Below, one piece after another: positions 38,470 through 47,481 of a stretch of DNA of 64,000 bases. The stretch covers positions 320,001 through 384,000 of the forward strand of contig OZ242351.1 in the NCBI GenBank assembly GCA_965208675.1, given 5' to 3'. This stretch comes from Candidatus Poribacteria bacterium. GTDB lineage: Bacteria > Poribacteria > WGA-4E > PCPOR2b. Positions within the stretch are counted from its first letter, which is position 1, and every line of letters begins with the position of its first letter. The notes under the pieces were generated by a model that saw only the letters and a list, made by a program, of their open reading frames with translations, had not been told where the DNA came from and searched no databases. The position numbers and the translations under genes were made by a program.

Positions 38470-39618
38470 TCAATTGAAGGGCACCCGCTCGCTTTCATCT
38501 AAACTGCCATCCGGCCTCGGCGTGTCATCAAACGCCGAAATGAAGTATTTACGCGGAACACGCCGTTGCTCGTCGAGGAGCAGCGGCTCCGATTCGTATG
38601 TGACTTGCGTCTCTTTGGGTTTAAATTTTGCCCGAAAAACCAAATCATCCCCTAAAATCAACGGCCCGCCAACTCTCGTTGTCGCGTAGATATGATAGCC
38701 GGCTAGGTCGCGTTCGGTGTTTCGAGCCCAAGAAAGAGTGACGACATATTTGCCGGTCCAAGGGTCTACCCATCCTACTGCCGTGACGTGCTGTGGTGAA
38801 GCTGGTGGCAACTGCGGAGAAGTGGCATTGAATTTTGTTTCTGCTTCAACACCGAATTGGTCTACAGCGATGACACGATAGACTTTGGTAATCCCGTCTT
38901 GGTCGAAACTTGTATCGAAGAAGTAGATGGGTTCATTTCCAAAGCGCTGGCCTTCAGTAAGTTCGTTAAATGAAATTTCACCAAGCAGTTTAAATTGCGG
39001 CAGGTCTCCAGACGATGAGGTTTTACCGGCAAGCACGCGAAAGGTTTCAAAATCATCCGGGAAGTGATAATCATCCCAAAATAGCTTGACAGTTAAATCA
39101 TCCACTTGATCTCCAATGTGGACAATTGGCCCGGGGGGCGGGACGCTTGGCGTGACGCGCGCATTTGGCCAAATTCGCAGAGGGACATCGTTGGCATCTA
39201 GCAGGTCAGCCGGATCGGGAGTTTCAACACCGTTTTTGTCTACATAGGAAATTCGGTAGACGTAGTAAAGTTGTCTGCCTTGCGTGAGATCAAACGCATC
39301 GTTGACGAGACCTTCATCGATAAAAACCGATGTCGCGGCATCAACCTCCCCAACAAGTTCAAACGGAGAATCGGCGTCGCCGGTAAACCATCGATAAATC
39401 CGATAATTGACAATTCCCTCAACTCCGGTATTCTGCCACGAAACTGTTACTTGTGCATCGCCGGCATGCAGGTCTAGGCCAGGAGGCGAACCTGCGGTGC
39501 GTAAGTTCTCTGGATCGAATCGATTGACGTAATCTCTATCGTTCGTACATCCGTCCAACAACAGTAAAAAACTGAGAATTGCAACAGGGATTAATGATTC
39601 GATACTGAAATGTCTCAT
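38470..39618 (-). CDS. Lipoprotein with fibronectin type III-like domains
   Basis: Lipobox LLDGC, NRFDP, AGDAQVTVSW...YRIYR, YRVIAVD and LSWARNTERDLAGYHIY. Confidence 0.75.
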   Translation of the reverse strand: MRHFSIESLIPVAILSFLLLLDGCTNDRDYVNRFDPENLRTAGSPPGLDLHAGDAQVTVSWQNTGVEGIVNYRIYRWFTGDADSPFELVGEVDAATSVFIDEGLVNDAFDLTQGRQLYYVYRISYVDKNGVETPDPADLLDANDVPLRIWPNARVTPSVPPPGPIVHIGDQVDDLTVKLFWDDYHFPDDFETFRVLAGKTSSSGDLPQFKLLGEISFNELTEGQRFGNEPIYFFDTSFDQDGITKVYRVIAVDQFGVEAETKFNATSPQLPPASPQHVTAVGWVDPWTGKYVVTLSWARNTERDLAGYHIYATTRVGGPLILGDDLVFRAKFKPKETQVTYESEPLLLDEQRRVPRKYFISAFDDTPRPDGSLDESERVPFN

Positions 39619-39632
39619 GCTGCCATTTCCTC

Positions 39633-40079
39633 TCAGAATCGGTGTTGAAAGAGAATCTTGGCTTCCTGAGTTTCCACGTTGTAGCTCGGCGTTAGTCCGA
39701 TCGTCGGCTCCAAAGTCGCAGATGATTTAGAAAGTAAATTCAGGTTATCGAAGATTGAAATCAAAGCAGCAAACCCGACAAATCCCATCCCTATCCGAGA
39801 CATTAACGCACTAGAATCATGTTTATTTGTATAGTCTGCCCTTTGTTTAGCAATGTCGGCTTGTATTGCTGTATTTAAGTATAAATCAAAGGAATCTTGT
39901 GCAGATTTTCCGACGATGACGCTCCCAAATTTCAATCCCATACCGGAGACAAACAGAGCAGTTGTAAGCACACGCGTACCATCCGCAGCTTGTGAGCTGG
40001 GAATTCGAATTGAAAAATACAACATGCAGCATGCAATGACTAAGACTGCTATCTTCCTAATCCTATGTAGCTTCATCAA
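39633..40079 (-). CDS. Hypothetical exported/membrane protein
   Basis: Signal peptide, two hydrophobic segments and a C-terminal F; ATGA overlap with vanZ. Confidence 0.7.
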   Translation of the reverse strand: MMKLHRIRKIAVLVIACCMLYFSIRIPSSQAADGTRVLTTALFVSGMGLKFGSVIVGKSAQDSFDLYLNTAIQADIAKQRADYTNKHDSSALMSRIGMGFVGFAALISIFDNLNLLSKSSATLEPTIGLTPSYNVETQEAKILFQHRF

Positions 40080-40486
40080 GAATCCTCCACCGATAGACCT
40101 CGCATCTTAAACGATGCTTTTGAAAATCGACACCAGAGGTACATCGAAATCACACCCAAGAACCCGCCTAAGCAGTCGGCGGCCCAATCCAGAATGCTAA
40201 CAACTCTGCCGGGTACAAAAGACTGGTGCCATTCGTCGCTTGCCCCATAAAGGATAACGATTAGGAATGAGAAGAGCCAAGGAGCGCGGCGAAAAATGTT
40301 AAATGAGGCATTCACGAATGCGTGCGCAACCAAAATACCTAGGACAGTGTACTCTAGAACGTGATATAATTTATCGAAGAGATGCCAATCTACATTGGGT
40401 ATATGTGGTTTGGATAGTGAAGAAAAATAAAAAATAAGCGCCATGCAAACTAGAGGCGGCGACCAATATTTTAAAAATCGTAGGAT
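40076..40486 (-). CDS. VanZ family membrane protein (probable ATC start at 40486; first ATG at 40444)
   Basis: DKLYHVLEYTVLG, YGASDEWHQSFVPGR and DWAAD. The in-frame upstream LRFLKYWSPPLVC follows GGAGG at 7 nt. Confidence 0.88.
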   Translation of the reverse strand: MLRFLKYWSPPLVCMALIFYFSSLSKPHIPNVDWHLFDKLYHVLEYTVLGILVAHAFVNASFNIFRRAPWLFSFLIVILYGASDEWHQSFVPGRVVSILDWAADCLGGFLGVISMYLWCRFSKASFKMRGLSVEDS

Positions 40487-40540
40487 TTAATCCCCTCCAA
40501 TAAATCGGGTCGCTTTTTTATGCGAACAGCCTAAATGGCA

Positions 40541-40569
40541 ATTATACCTAAAATGATTTTTCCTTGCAA
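40541..40569 (-). promoter_or_regulatory. sigma70-type promoter for the vanZ operon
   Basis: TTGCAA-17 bp-TATAAT. Confidence 0.65.
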
Positions 40570-40703
40570 CGTTTTTTTCTTTTTGCGTTACGAAAATTCA
40601 CAATCTCTAGAGTGTACTGGCTTTCGAAATTCACATGATTGAATTAGGCAGGTTGAAATTAGTAAAATATGTCGCACGTACAAATTGAAAGTCGGTTTAT
40701 GGT

Positions 40704-41378
40704 ATGGTGGGAGATGTGATGATGCGATTTCGACATTTGTTTTGGTTGAGTCTTTGTGTTGTTGGACTGACTCCCCTTGGCTGCGGTGATAGCTCGGTTT
40801 TAGATATTAGAGAAAATGAAACTCAAGAAACAACTATCCCGCGCGAAAGCGTTTCAATCATGGGAAGGGTATTGCCAGTCGGAATAATGCCGTTAATTAT
40901 TGTGCAGAGAAATGGGATAGACTTCAAGAACACTGTCGCCGACGATGAGGGAAATTTTACTATTCCAAACCTTCCGGTCGGAGAGTACAGTGTTCGCGTG
41001 ATTGCGACCGGCTTCTTTACAGATATATCAATAAACCATTTGCAACTGAAGGCAGGGGAAACGCACGTCGCAGAGCCCGTAACCCTGATTCCGAGATCAG
41101 AGGCGGCGACGTTGCTTGGGCAGGTGGTTGACAAAGCGGACAACACCACTATATCCGACGCCGAGGTTCATGTTGAGTGTTCAACGGGAGTGTGCGCGCT
41201 TTTGAGCGCAACGTCGGATCAGAATGGAAAATTCTCAATAAAAATTTGGTCTGGCTTAAGCTCAATTTTCAATGTGCAGAAACTAGGATATCATATATCG
41301 TCTTTCCAAGTGGAAGCCTTAAAACCCAACGAGAAACGCGATTTAGGCAGAATTGAAATGGAGCGCATAGAACCGTGA
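40704..41378 (+). CDS. Lipoprotein with two carboxypeptidase-regulatory-like (CnaB/Ig-like) domains
   Basis: Lipobox TPLGC; ADDEGNFTIPNLPVGEYSV and TSDQNGKFSI. Confidence 0.8.
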   Translation: MVGDVMMRFRHLFWLSLCVVGLTPLGCGDSSVLDIRENETQETTIPRESVSIMGRVLPVGIMPLIIVQRNGIDFKNTVADDEGNFTIPNLPVGEYSVRVIATGFFTDISINHLQLKAGETHVAEPVTLIPRSEAATLLGQVVDKADNTTISDAEVHVECSTGVCALLSATSDQNGKFSIKIWSGLSSIFNVQKLGYHISSFQVEALKPNEKRDLGRIEMERIEP

Positions 41379-41554
41379 GGTCATTTTAAATCCAACAAAA
41401 AGTTTGCTCGCAGTTAGTGTTTCAAAAATCTGTTGTGTCTAGTTATCCAAAATTCGTTGAGTTCATTTTCGAGGTACAACCAGGCACAAATATTCTGCTG
41501 CTCATAAAGCAACGCGCTTATTTTCTGACCATATCATGTTTAGTCCGTCGCGCG

Positions 41555-41908
41555 CTACTTTCTCCGCCAAATAATGCGGCCTCGAGTCAAATCGTACGGC
41601 GAAAGTTCAACACTAACCTTATCACCCGGTAGAATTCTGATGTAGTTTTTCCTCAACTTTCCAGCGATGTGAGCCAAGATCAAGTGCTTATTGTCCAACT
41701 CGACACGGAACATAGCATTCGGCAGCGTTTCCAAGACGGTACCTTCCACCTGAATTGCATTGTCCTTCGCTTTCACGTCTGACCTAACTGGATCATCAGA
41801 TACGTTGTCGCTCTTGGGCTGCGCATTTCCTTGTTGGTTCTTCCGCTTTTGTTTCTTTTTGAACTGGTATTGTCCAGCACGTCTTTGCGCGGGTTTGCTC
41901 TTTTTCAC
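41555..41908 (-). CDS. infA: Translation initiation factor IF-1 (possible basic N-terminal extension)
   Basis: [43 protein letters not shown] and [10 protein letters not shown]; GTG at 41908 follows AAGGAG. Confidence 0.95.
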   Translation of the reverse strand: MKKSKPAQRRAGQYQFKKKQKRKNQQGNAQPKSDNVSDDPVRSDVKAKDNAIQVEGTVLETLPNAMFRVELDNKHLILAHIAGKLRKNYIRILPGDKVSVELSPYDLTRGRIIWRRK

Positions 41909-42029
41909 TCGTCTTCGTCTCCTTCTTGGAGGTTGGAAATTAATCAAACACTAATTCGCAAAGCGAAATTGGCACTGTCTGCTGTGCTCAATTGGAGCTC
42001 GCAGGTAGCTGTCTGTACTGCAGCCAATT

Positions 42030-42059
42030 TCACTCATCTTCTAGTCACTCATCTTCTAG
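42030..42059. repeat. Perfect 15-bp tandem duplication TCACTCATCTTCTAG x2
   Basis: 42030-42044 is identical to 42045-42059 and duplicates the last four codons plus the stop of the cinA-like gene. Confidence 0.9.
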
Positions 42060-42848
42060 ACTGAAAATTTTGTTTTTTTCGATTACAAGCTGGCGAAAAC
42101 AGTTAACAGCTTCTTGTAGTTGCGATTCAGCCTCCGCTGCATCAATACCTGTGGAAATGAGATCGACAGGCATGTACTCACTATCAGTACGCCGCAAGGC
42201 AATGTACGCCTTCAGATAAACGCCCGGATGCGTGTTCATCACAACTTGTAACAGTGGCGAAACTTCCGATTCGAACATATTCACATAAACGCGCAATGCC
42301 GCCACTCGCGCGCGATAGCGGTCAGCGATTAGAAGTGCAACGTGGCTGTCAAAGATTGCCTTCATCTCTTCCGGCGGCCCTGGCATCATGAGAATCGTGG
42401 ACTGATCTTTCGTGACGCTGGAGCAAGGTGCCCAACCGACAGGATTCTGAAAGATGTGAGCGGTTTCAGGGACAGTTGCCATTTTTATCATGGCAGGGCT
42501 AACATCGGCACGACTCATCAATTTACGTCTATCCATGAAGCCCGTTAAGGTCGCCTCGTCCACAATCGTCGGTTTTCCGATTATCTTTGCGACAGCCCCG
42601 ACAGTCATGTCATCGGGTGTTGGCCCGAGACCTCCGGTTGTCAAAATAAGGTCGGTTCCTCTGCAAACTGAACTCTCTATTGCATCTATCATCTCATCAA
42701 AATCATCACGAATCATCGTTACTCGGCGTAGTCTACCTCCCAACTCAAGCATTCGTTGTGCCATCCAAAATGCATTTGTATCCTGAATTTGGCCCAAAAT
42801 TAACTCGGTCCCAATCGAAAACAGCTCAATGACAGGTGCCTTTTCCAC
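42045..42848 (-). CDS. CinA N-terminal / molybdopterin-binding (MoCF) domain protein
   Basis: IGTELILGQIQDTN, TTGGLGPTPDDMT, NPVGWAP and MPGPPEEM; no PncC domain. Confidence 0.9.
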   Translation of the reverse strand: MEKAPVIELFSIGTELILGQIQDTNAFWMAQRMLELGGRLRRVTMIRDDFDEMIDAIESSVCRGTDLILTTGGLGPTPDDMTVGAVAKIIGKPTIVDEATLTGFMDRRKLMSRADVSPAMIKMATVPETAHIFQNPVGWAPCSSVTKDQSTILMMPGPPEEMKAIFDSHVALLIADRYRARVAALRVYVNMFESEVSPLLQVVMNTHPGVYLKAYIALRRTDSEYMPVDLISTGIDAAEAESQLQEAVNCFRQLVIEKNKIFSLEDE

Positions 42849-42960
42849 TTAAACTTCCTCGCGGCCGTGGCCAAGCAACTCGGGTATCGCACTCCAATTG
42901 CAGCTATGCCATTTATACATGGATTCAACTCCCAATCGGTCTGCTTTTCCCAGCATGCCT

Positions 42961-44262
42961 TCATGAATTTAGCAAATTGAAAACTAAGCCGGTTGCCATC
43001 TTTGGGTAAAAATAGGTGGATTTCTGCGGCATCGTTTTGTTGGTTGTTGCGGCTTCATTGACTTGGGAGACTAACGTGGGATTCATCAGCAGCGCGACAC
43101 GTCCTTCGCCGTCCTCGACATAACGGATAGCTTCATGAGTATTCACTGTGTAGCTAACCTGTTTCTGATGGCTAGGGATTGTTGTATCTATTCCAAATCC
43201 TTTATTTATCAAGCGGTCGTGAAGCAGTGTAACATCGAGCAACTTTGAAACTGGTGGTTTTTTTTCTTCGTTGACTCGCGGCACAAGGAGGCGGTAATTT
43301 CCATCGCTAGTATACATGCCAAATGCAGCGCATGTACCGGCAAGCGCATAAAGATTTTCGAGAAGGGCACTCCGGTTTGTGTGCATGGTCACGTCGAACG
43401 ATTCCGGTAACTGCTTAATTGCTTGTGTAATCCGGTCAGCGCTCAATCCGTGGAGTAGCCGGTGGATGGCGAGGACTACCAACCCCGGTGATTCCATTCG
43501 AACCAGGTTCATCATCATATAATTATAACCCTCCTCACCAGTCCATTCTGAAGCTTGCGCGCGAAGTTCATCACGAAAGGCAAGGGCGGTCTCATAGCGA
43601 TGGTGTCCATCGGCAATGACCAACAATTTATCTTCAAACGCCGATTGAATTTCGCGAGTCAAAGCTGCATCATCTAACCGCCACAGTCGGTGGGTGCTTC
43701 CAAAAACCTCCTGTAAATCGATCAGAGGCCGAATTGATGAAGTAAATCGCACTATCGAATTCTCGATTTCTCCTGCTGGATCAGAATACAGGAGGAATAT
43801 TGGACTCAAATTGGCGTGGCACGCGCGCATTAGGTTTAGCCGGTCTGCCTTTGGTGCAGCAAGCGTCTTTTCGTGTGGAAAAACCACTCCCGCCCCAAAA
43901 GGTTGTAATTTTCCAACACCTACCAACGCCCGCCGCGTAAAAGCGTGTCCATCAGGTGTGGTGAACGATTGATCGTAGACGTAGTAGTTCGGCGACGCAT
44001 CTTGTATTAGAACGCGCTCCGAAACCCAATTTCTCAAAGTTGCCGCCGAACGGGTGTATTGATTGTCCGCGTCCGTATTTTTCTCATATGGCTGGCTCAA
44101 AATTAGTCGTACGACATTGTTCGCATGCTGATTTTCCAAAGTAACCCGCTGTTTATCTTTAATGACATCATAAGGCGGGGCAACCATTTGTCTGATACAG
44201 CTAATTTTTTGGGGGTTGTAACGCAACCCGCGAAAAGGTAAAATTTCCACGTTTAATCCCAC
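42961..44262 (-). CDS. DUF1015 family protein
   Basis: ILPFRGLRY, APPYDVI, PHEKT, NLSPIF, IADGHHRYETA and MPQKSTYFYPK. The true start is probably the GTG of VEILPF. Confidence 0.92.
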   Translation of the reverse strand: MGLNVEILPFRGLRYNPQKISCIRQMVAPPYDVIKDKQRVTLENQHANNVVRLILSQPYEKNTDADNQYTRSAATLRNWVSERVLIQDASPNYYVYDQSFTTPDGHAFTRRALVGVGKLQPFGAGVVFPHEKTLAAPKADRLNLMRACHANLSPIFLLYSDPAGEIENSIVRFTSSIRPLIDLQEVFGSTHRLWRLDDAALTREIQSAFEDKLLVIADGHHRYETALAFRDELRAQASEWTGEEGYNYMMMNLVRMESPGLVVLAIHRLLHGLSADRITQAIKQLPESFDVTMHTNRSALLENLYALAGTCAAFGMYTSDGNYRLLVPRVNEEKKPPVSKLLDVTLLHDRLINKGFGIDTTIPSHQKQVSYTVNTHEAIRYVEDGEGRVALLMNPTLVSQVNEAATTNKTMPQKSTYFYPKMATGLVFNLLNS

Positions 44263-45182
44263 AACCTCGTGCTGAAATACCGTTCTCCGAGATCGTTGAA
44301 AATGGTGACAATTGTGCCGTTTCGAATCTGTTTAGCGACTTCGTAAGCGCCCTGCAGATATCCTCCCGAAGATTGCCCGACGAACCAGCCGCGTTTGGCG
44401 AGCCGGCTGCACATTTCATACGCTTGATCGATTGTGACAGGTATCCTGCAATCGATAATGTCTTCATCAAGAATCTCTGGTACAATGTTGCCAGGCTTTC
44501 CCAGCGGTTTTAGGCCTTCGATTCCAGGAAACTCGTCGGGCGCGATGCAACAAATTTGGATTTCTGGGTCGTATTGCTTAAATCGCCTTCCAATGCCCGT
44601 TATAGTCCCACCTGTACCCACTCCGGCAACAAAATGAGTCACTTTTCCGCCGGTCTGCTCCCAAATTTCAATCGCTGTTGTGTCATAATGCCCACGCCAG
44701 TTGTTTTCGTTGCCGTACTGATCCGCCATATAATATTTCTCAGGATTCGCCTCATGGCGGCGAATCGCTTCGTGCAACGCTTCGTCATATCCGTGAATTG
44801 CATCGGTGTAAATGATTTTCGCTCCATGCGCTTGAATTCGCTTTTTCCGCTCCTCACTGGCATTGCTGGGCATTACAAGTTCAACCCGATAACCTAATAT
44901 GCCGCCAATCATGGCATAGGCGATCCCTGCGTTTCCCGATGTGGAATCTAGGATAGTTTTTCCCGGTGTTAATTTTCCCGCTATAACTGCTTCAGTCAAC
45001 ATTCTGAGTACGGGGCGATCCTTAATTGAGCAACCTGGATTATACATCTCGGCTTTCGCATAAATATTGACGCCAGGAAACTCATCGGCAAAAAGATCGA
45101 TTTTTACAAGGGGGGTATTTCCAATTTGTTGGAGGAGTGGATAGCTCGAAAGATTAAAAGAACTAGCGGACCGTCTACTCAT
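44253..45182 (-). CDS. PLP-dependent cysteine synthase (CysM-like)
   Basis: IGNTPL, KAEMYNPGCSIKDR (PLP Lys), TSGNAG, GVGTGGT, IEGLK and D-x-GERY. Confidence 0.92.
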   Translation of the reverse strand: MSRRSASSFNLSSYPLLQQIGNTPLVKIDLFADEFPGVNIYAKAEMYNPGCSIKDRPVLRMLTEAVIAGKLTPGKTILDSTSGNAGIAYAMIGGILGYRVELVMPSNASEERKKRIQAHGAKIIYTDAIHGYDEALHEAIRRHEANPEKYYMADQYGNENNWRGHYDTTAIEIWEQTGGKVTHFVAGVGTGGTITGIGRRFKQYDPEIQICCIAPDEFPGIEGLKPLGKPGNIVPEILDEDIIDCRIPVTIDQAYEMCSRLAKRGWFVGQSSGGYLQGAYEVAKQIRNGTIVTIFNDLGERYFSTRLWD

Positions 45183-45337
45183 TTAAAATTATGCATTCCT
45201 TCTTTAGCTGCTCTCCCGGCTGTTTATCGTTAAGGCGAACAGATCAAAAAAATCGGTCAGGCGTCTCAAACAGTAATCAATGAAGTCGCGGAAAGTAAGC
45301 ATCGGCAGGAAATAAATCTGAACTCTCCGTGGAATCA

Positions 45338-46120
45338 TCACTCAAGAGGATTATCAAGCGTTCCTATCAAACTTGCTAGGTAATCGCGATCTCTTTGCAA
45401 GGCTTCTAACTTATCATCCCCATGAACAAACTCAACTTCGAGATAGCCATCATATTCGTGAGAGTTTAAGATTTCAATAACTCTAGCGTAATCCACAACG
45501 CCCTCTGCGATCGGACAACCGTTTCCACTTGCATCAGCGTTTTGGGCATGCACATTGACTATATGAGGCGCGAGTTTTTCCGCGGCGTCGTACGGGTTAT
45601 CTTCATCTGATCCGAAGAAGGGCTGGTAGTAGGTTTTTAGGGCGGGCAATTCTACATTTTCAACAAGTTCAAGGGTGGTAGCGATACTGTCCGTTAAATT
45701 GTTGTTATGCATTTCCAGACCTAGTGTGAGTTGGCGAAATTGCGCCCACTGGGTGAGACTCGTCAATCGGAAATTAATCATGCGTTTGTCTTCAGGGTTG
45801 ATGGTTTTGGAAGGGCCGCCTCCCGACCAAATTCGTACAAGATTGGTGCGCAGCCCCTGCGCGATTTTAAAGGCTTCTTCCAAATGCTGCTGATACCAAG
45901 GCATGAGCGGGTTTACGTAAGAGCCAAGAGCTGAGACTGCTAATCCTTTTCCCAATACCATCTCTCTTACCTTTTGCACGTGTTCCGCATCGTAAGTTGG
46001 CGGCATGTGCGGCTCTTTTCCCCAAATTTCGATGCCATCAAAACCGTAATCCGCCGCAATATTTACAACCTCCTCAAGAGGTTTCTCACGAAAAGCAATT
46101 GTGCACAGACCTAACTTCAT
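45338..46120 (-). CDS. Sugar phosphate isomerase/epimerase (AP endonuclease 2 TIM barrel)
   Basis: GFDGIEIWG, VRIWSG, LEMH, NVHAQN and YDGYLEVEF. Confidence 0.88.
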   Translation of the reverse strand: MKLGLCTIAFREKPLEEVVNIAADYGFDGIEIWGKEPHMPPTYDAEHVQKVREMVLGKGLAVSALGSYVNPLMPWYQQHLEEAFKIAQGLRTNLVRIWSGGGPSKTINPEDKRMINFRLTSLTQWAQFRQLTLGLEMHNNNLTDSIATTLELVENVELPALKTYYQPFFGSDEDNPYDAAEKLAPHIVNVHAQNADASGNGCPIAEGVVDYARVIEILNSHEYDGYLEVEFVHGDDKLEALQRDRDYLASLIGTLDNPLE

Positions 46121-46174
46121 CTCAAACTCGCCTTCCCTATGTTGGTTGTATGTTGGCGCATATCAGTATCCAAA

Positions 46175-46203
46175 AGCATACCACAAACAGAATTATCTTT
46201 CAA
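46175..46203 (-). promoter_or_regulatory. sigma70-type promoter for the isomerase gene
   Basis: TTGAAA-17 bp-TATGCT with an extended TG. Confidence 0.55.
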
Positions 46204-46332
46204 CCGAATCTTAGCAAAATTAGCTTCACGGTTTTTCAGATTCCAATAAGTAAACTCGGCATTATTTGAATTTTAAGCAATTTTCAACGTCTCGGCAATT
46301 TTTCTAGTACGGAGTAAGGTTTGTACGGATTT

Positions 46333-47481
46333 TCAAACGCCCGCAGGATAGAAAGTCGCCGTTTGTGTGTTTACAAACTTGGAAGCATTACGTAAAGTAA
46401 TCCCTTGATTCCCGTAGACTGTCCTAAGTTGACCGCAAGCAGCAGTGATATCTTTGCCTTTGCTGAAACGAATTGGCGCGATGTAGCACTTTTTCGAAAC
46501 AATACGGCGAAACTGTTCAATCCGATTAGCCTCTGGGCGGCGAAACTCGGAATCTTCGATTTCGTTGAAGGGGATTATATTCAGCTTACACGGTAAGCGG
46601 CTCATAAGTTTACAGATGCGATGGGCGTCCTCAACCCCATCATTCACGTCTCGAATAAGGACATATTCCAACGTGACGGGGTTTCCAGAAGCCAATGTCC
46701 ACTCCCGCGCGGCGTCGAGCACATCTGCGATTGGGTATCGCGTATTGATCGGCATGAGTCGCATGCGGACTTTATCCGTTGTTGCGTTCAGTGAGAGTGC
46801 TAACTGGCATTTCAACCCTTCTCTGGCAAATTGTCGCATGCGAGGGGCTAGCCCGACGGTTGATACCGTGATTCTCCTCTCCGGTAAACCCAAGCCTTCG
46901 ACACAAGTCATCAGGCGCACTGCATTCACGGTTTGATCGTAGTTTGCAAGCGGTTCTCCCATACCCATGAACACAACATGGGTTACGTCTTTGTCGCCAT
47001 CCAACTCGCGCTGAATGGCGATCACTTGATCCACGATTTCAGCGGATGATAGATTGCGAAAAAAACCCATTTTCCCCGTTGCACAAAAGTCACATGCCAT
47101 TGCACAACCTACCTGCGATGAAACGCAGACAGTCATGCGATTTCCATCAGGCATCAGCACACTTTCGATACGGCTCCCATCTGCAAGTTCAAACAAATAT
47201 TTGACAGCCGAATCCAAATCGGACTCGGCGCGAGCACAAACCCTGATATCGCTGACGCAAGCCGCATCAGACAATTTCCGTCTAAATGATTTGGGCAGAT
47301 TTGTCATCATTTGGAAATTTGTTTCGCGTTGATGGTACAGCCATGACATCAGTTGTTTTGCGCGAAATTTTGGCTCTCCCCACCCTTCAACCAATTCCTC
47401 CAACTCTAAAAGTGACAAACCCTTCAAGTTAACCTTGTCCATGTGTAATTCTGTATGTGTCATGCGGTCCTCAGCCATCAA
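46333..47481 (-). CDS. rlmN: 23S rRNA m2A2503 / tRNA A37 methyltransferase RlmN
   Basis: CVSSQVGCAMACDFCATG, MGMGEPL, ITVST, EYVLI and DITAACGQL. Confidence 0.97.
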   Translation of the reverse strand: MMAEDRMTHTELHMDKVNLKGLSLLELEELVEGWGEPKFRAKQLMSWLYHQRETNFQMMTNLPKSFRRKLSDAACVSDIRVCARAESDLDSAVKYLFELADGSRIESVLMPDGNRMTVCVSSQVGCAMACDFCATGKMGFFRNLSSAEIVDQVIAIQRELDGDKDVTHVVFMGMGEPLANYDQTVNAVRLMTCVEGLGLPERRITVSTVGLAPRMRQFAREGLKCQLALSLNATTDKVRMRLMPINTRYPIADVLDAAREWTLASGNPVTLEYVLIRDVNDGVEDAHRICKLMSRLPCKLNIIPFNEIEDSEFRRPEANRIEQFRRIVSKKCYIAPIRFSKGKDITAACGQLRTVYGNQGITLRNASKFVNTQTATFYPAGV

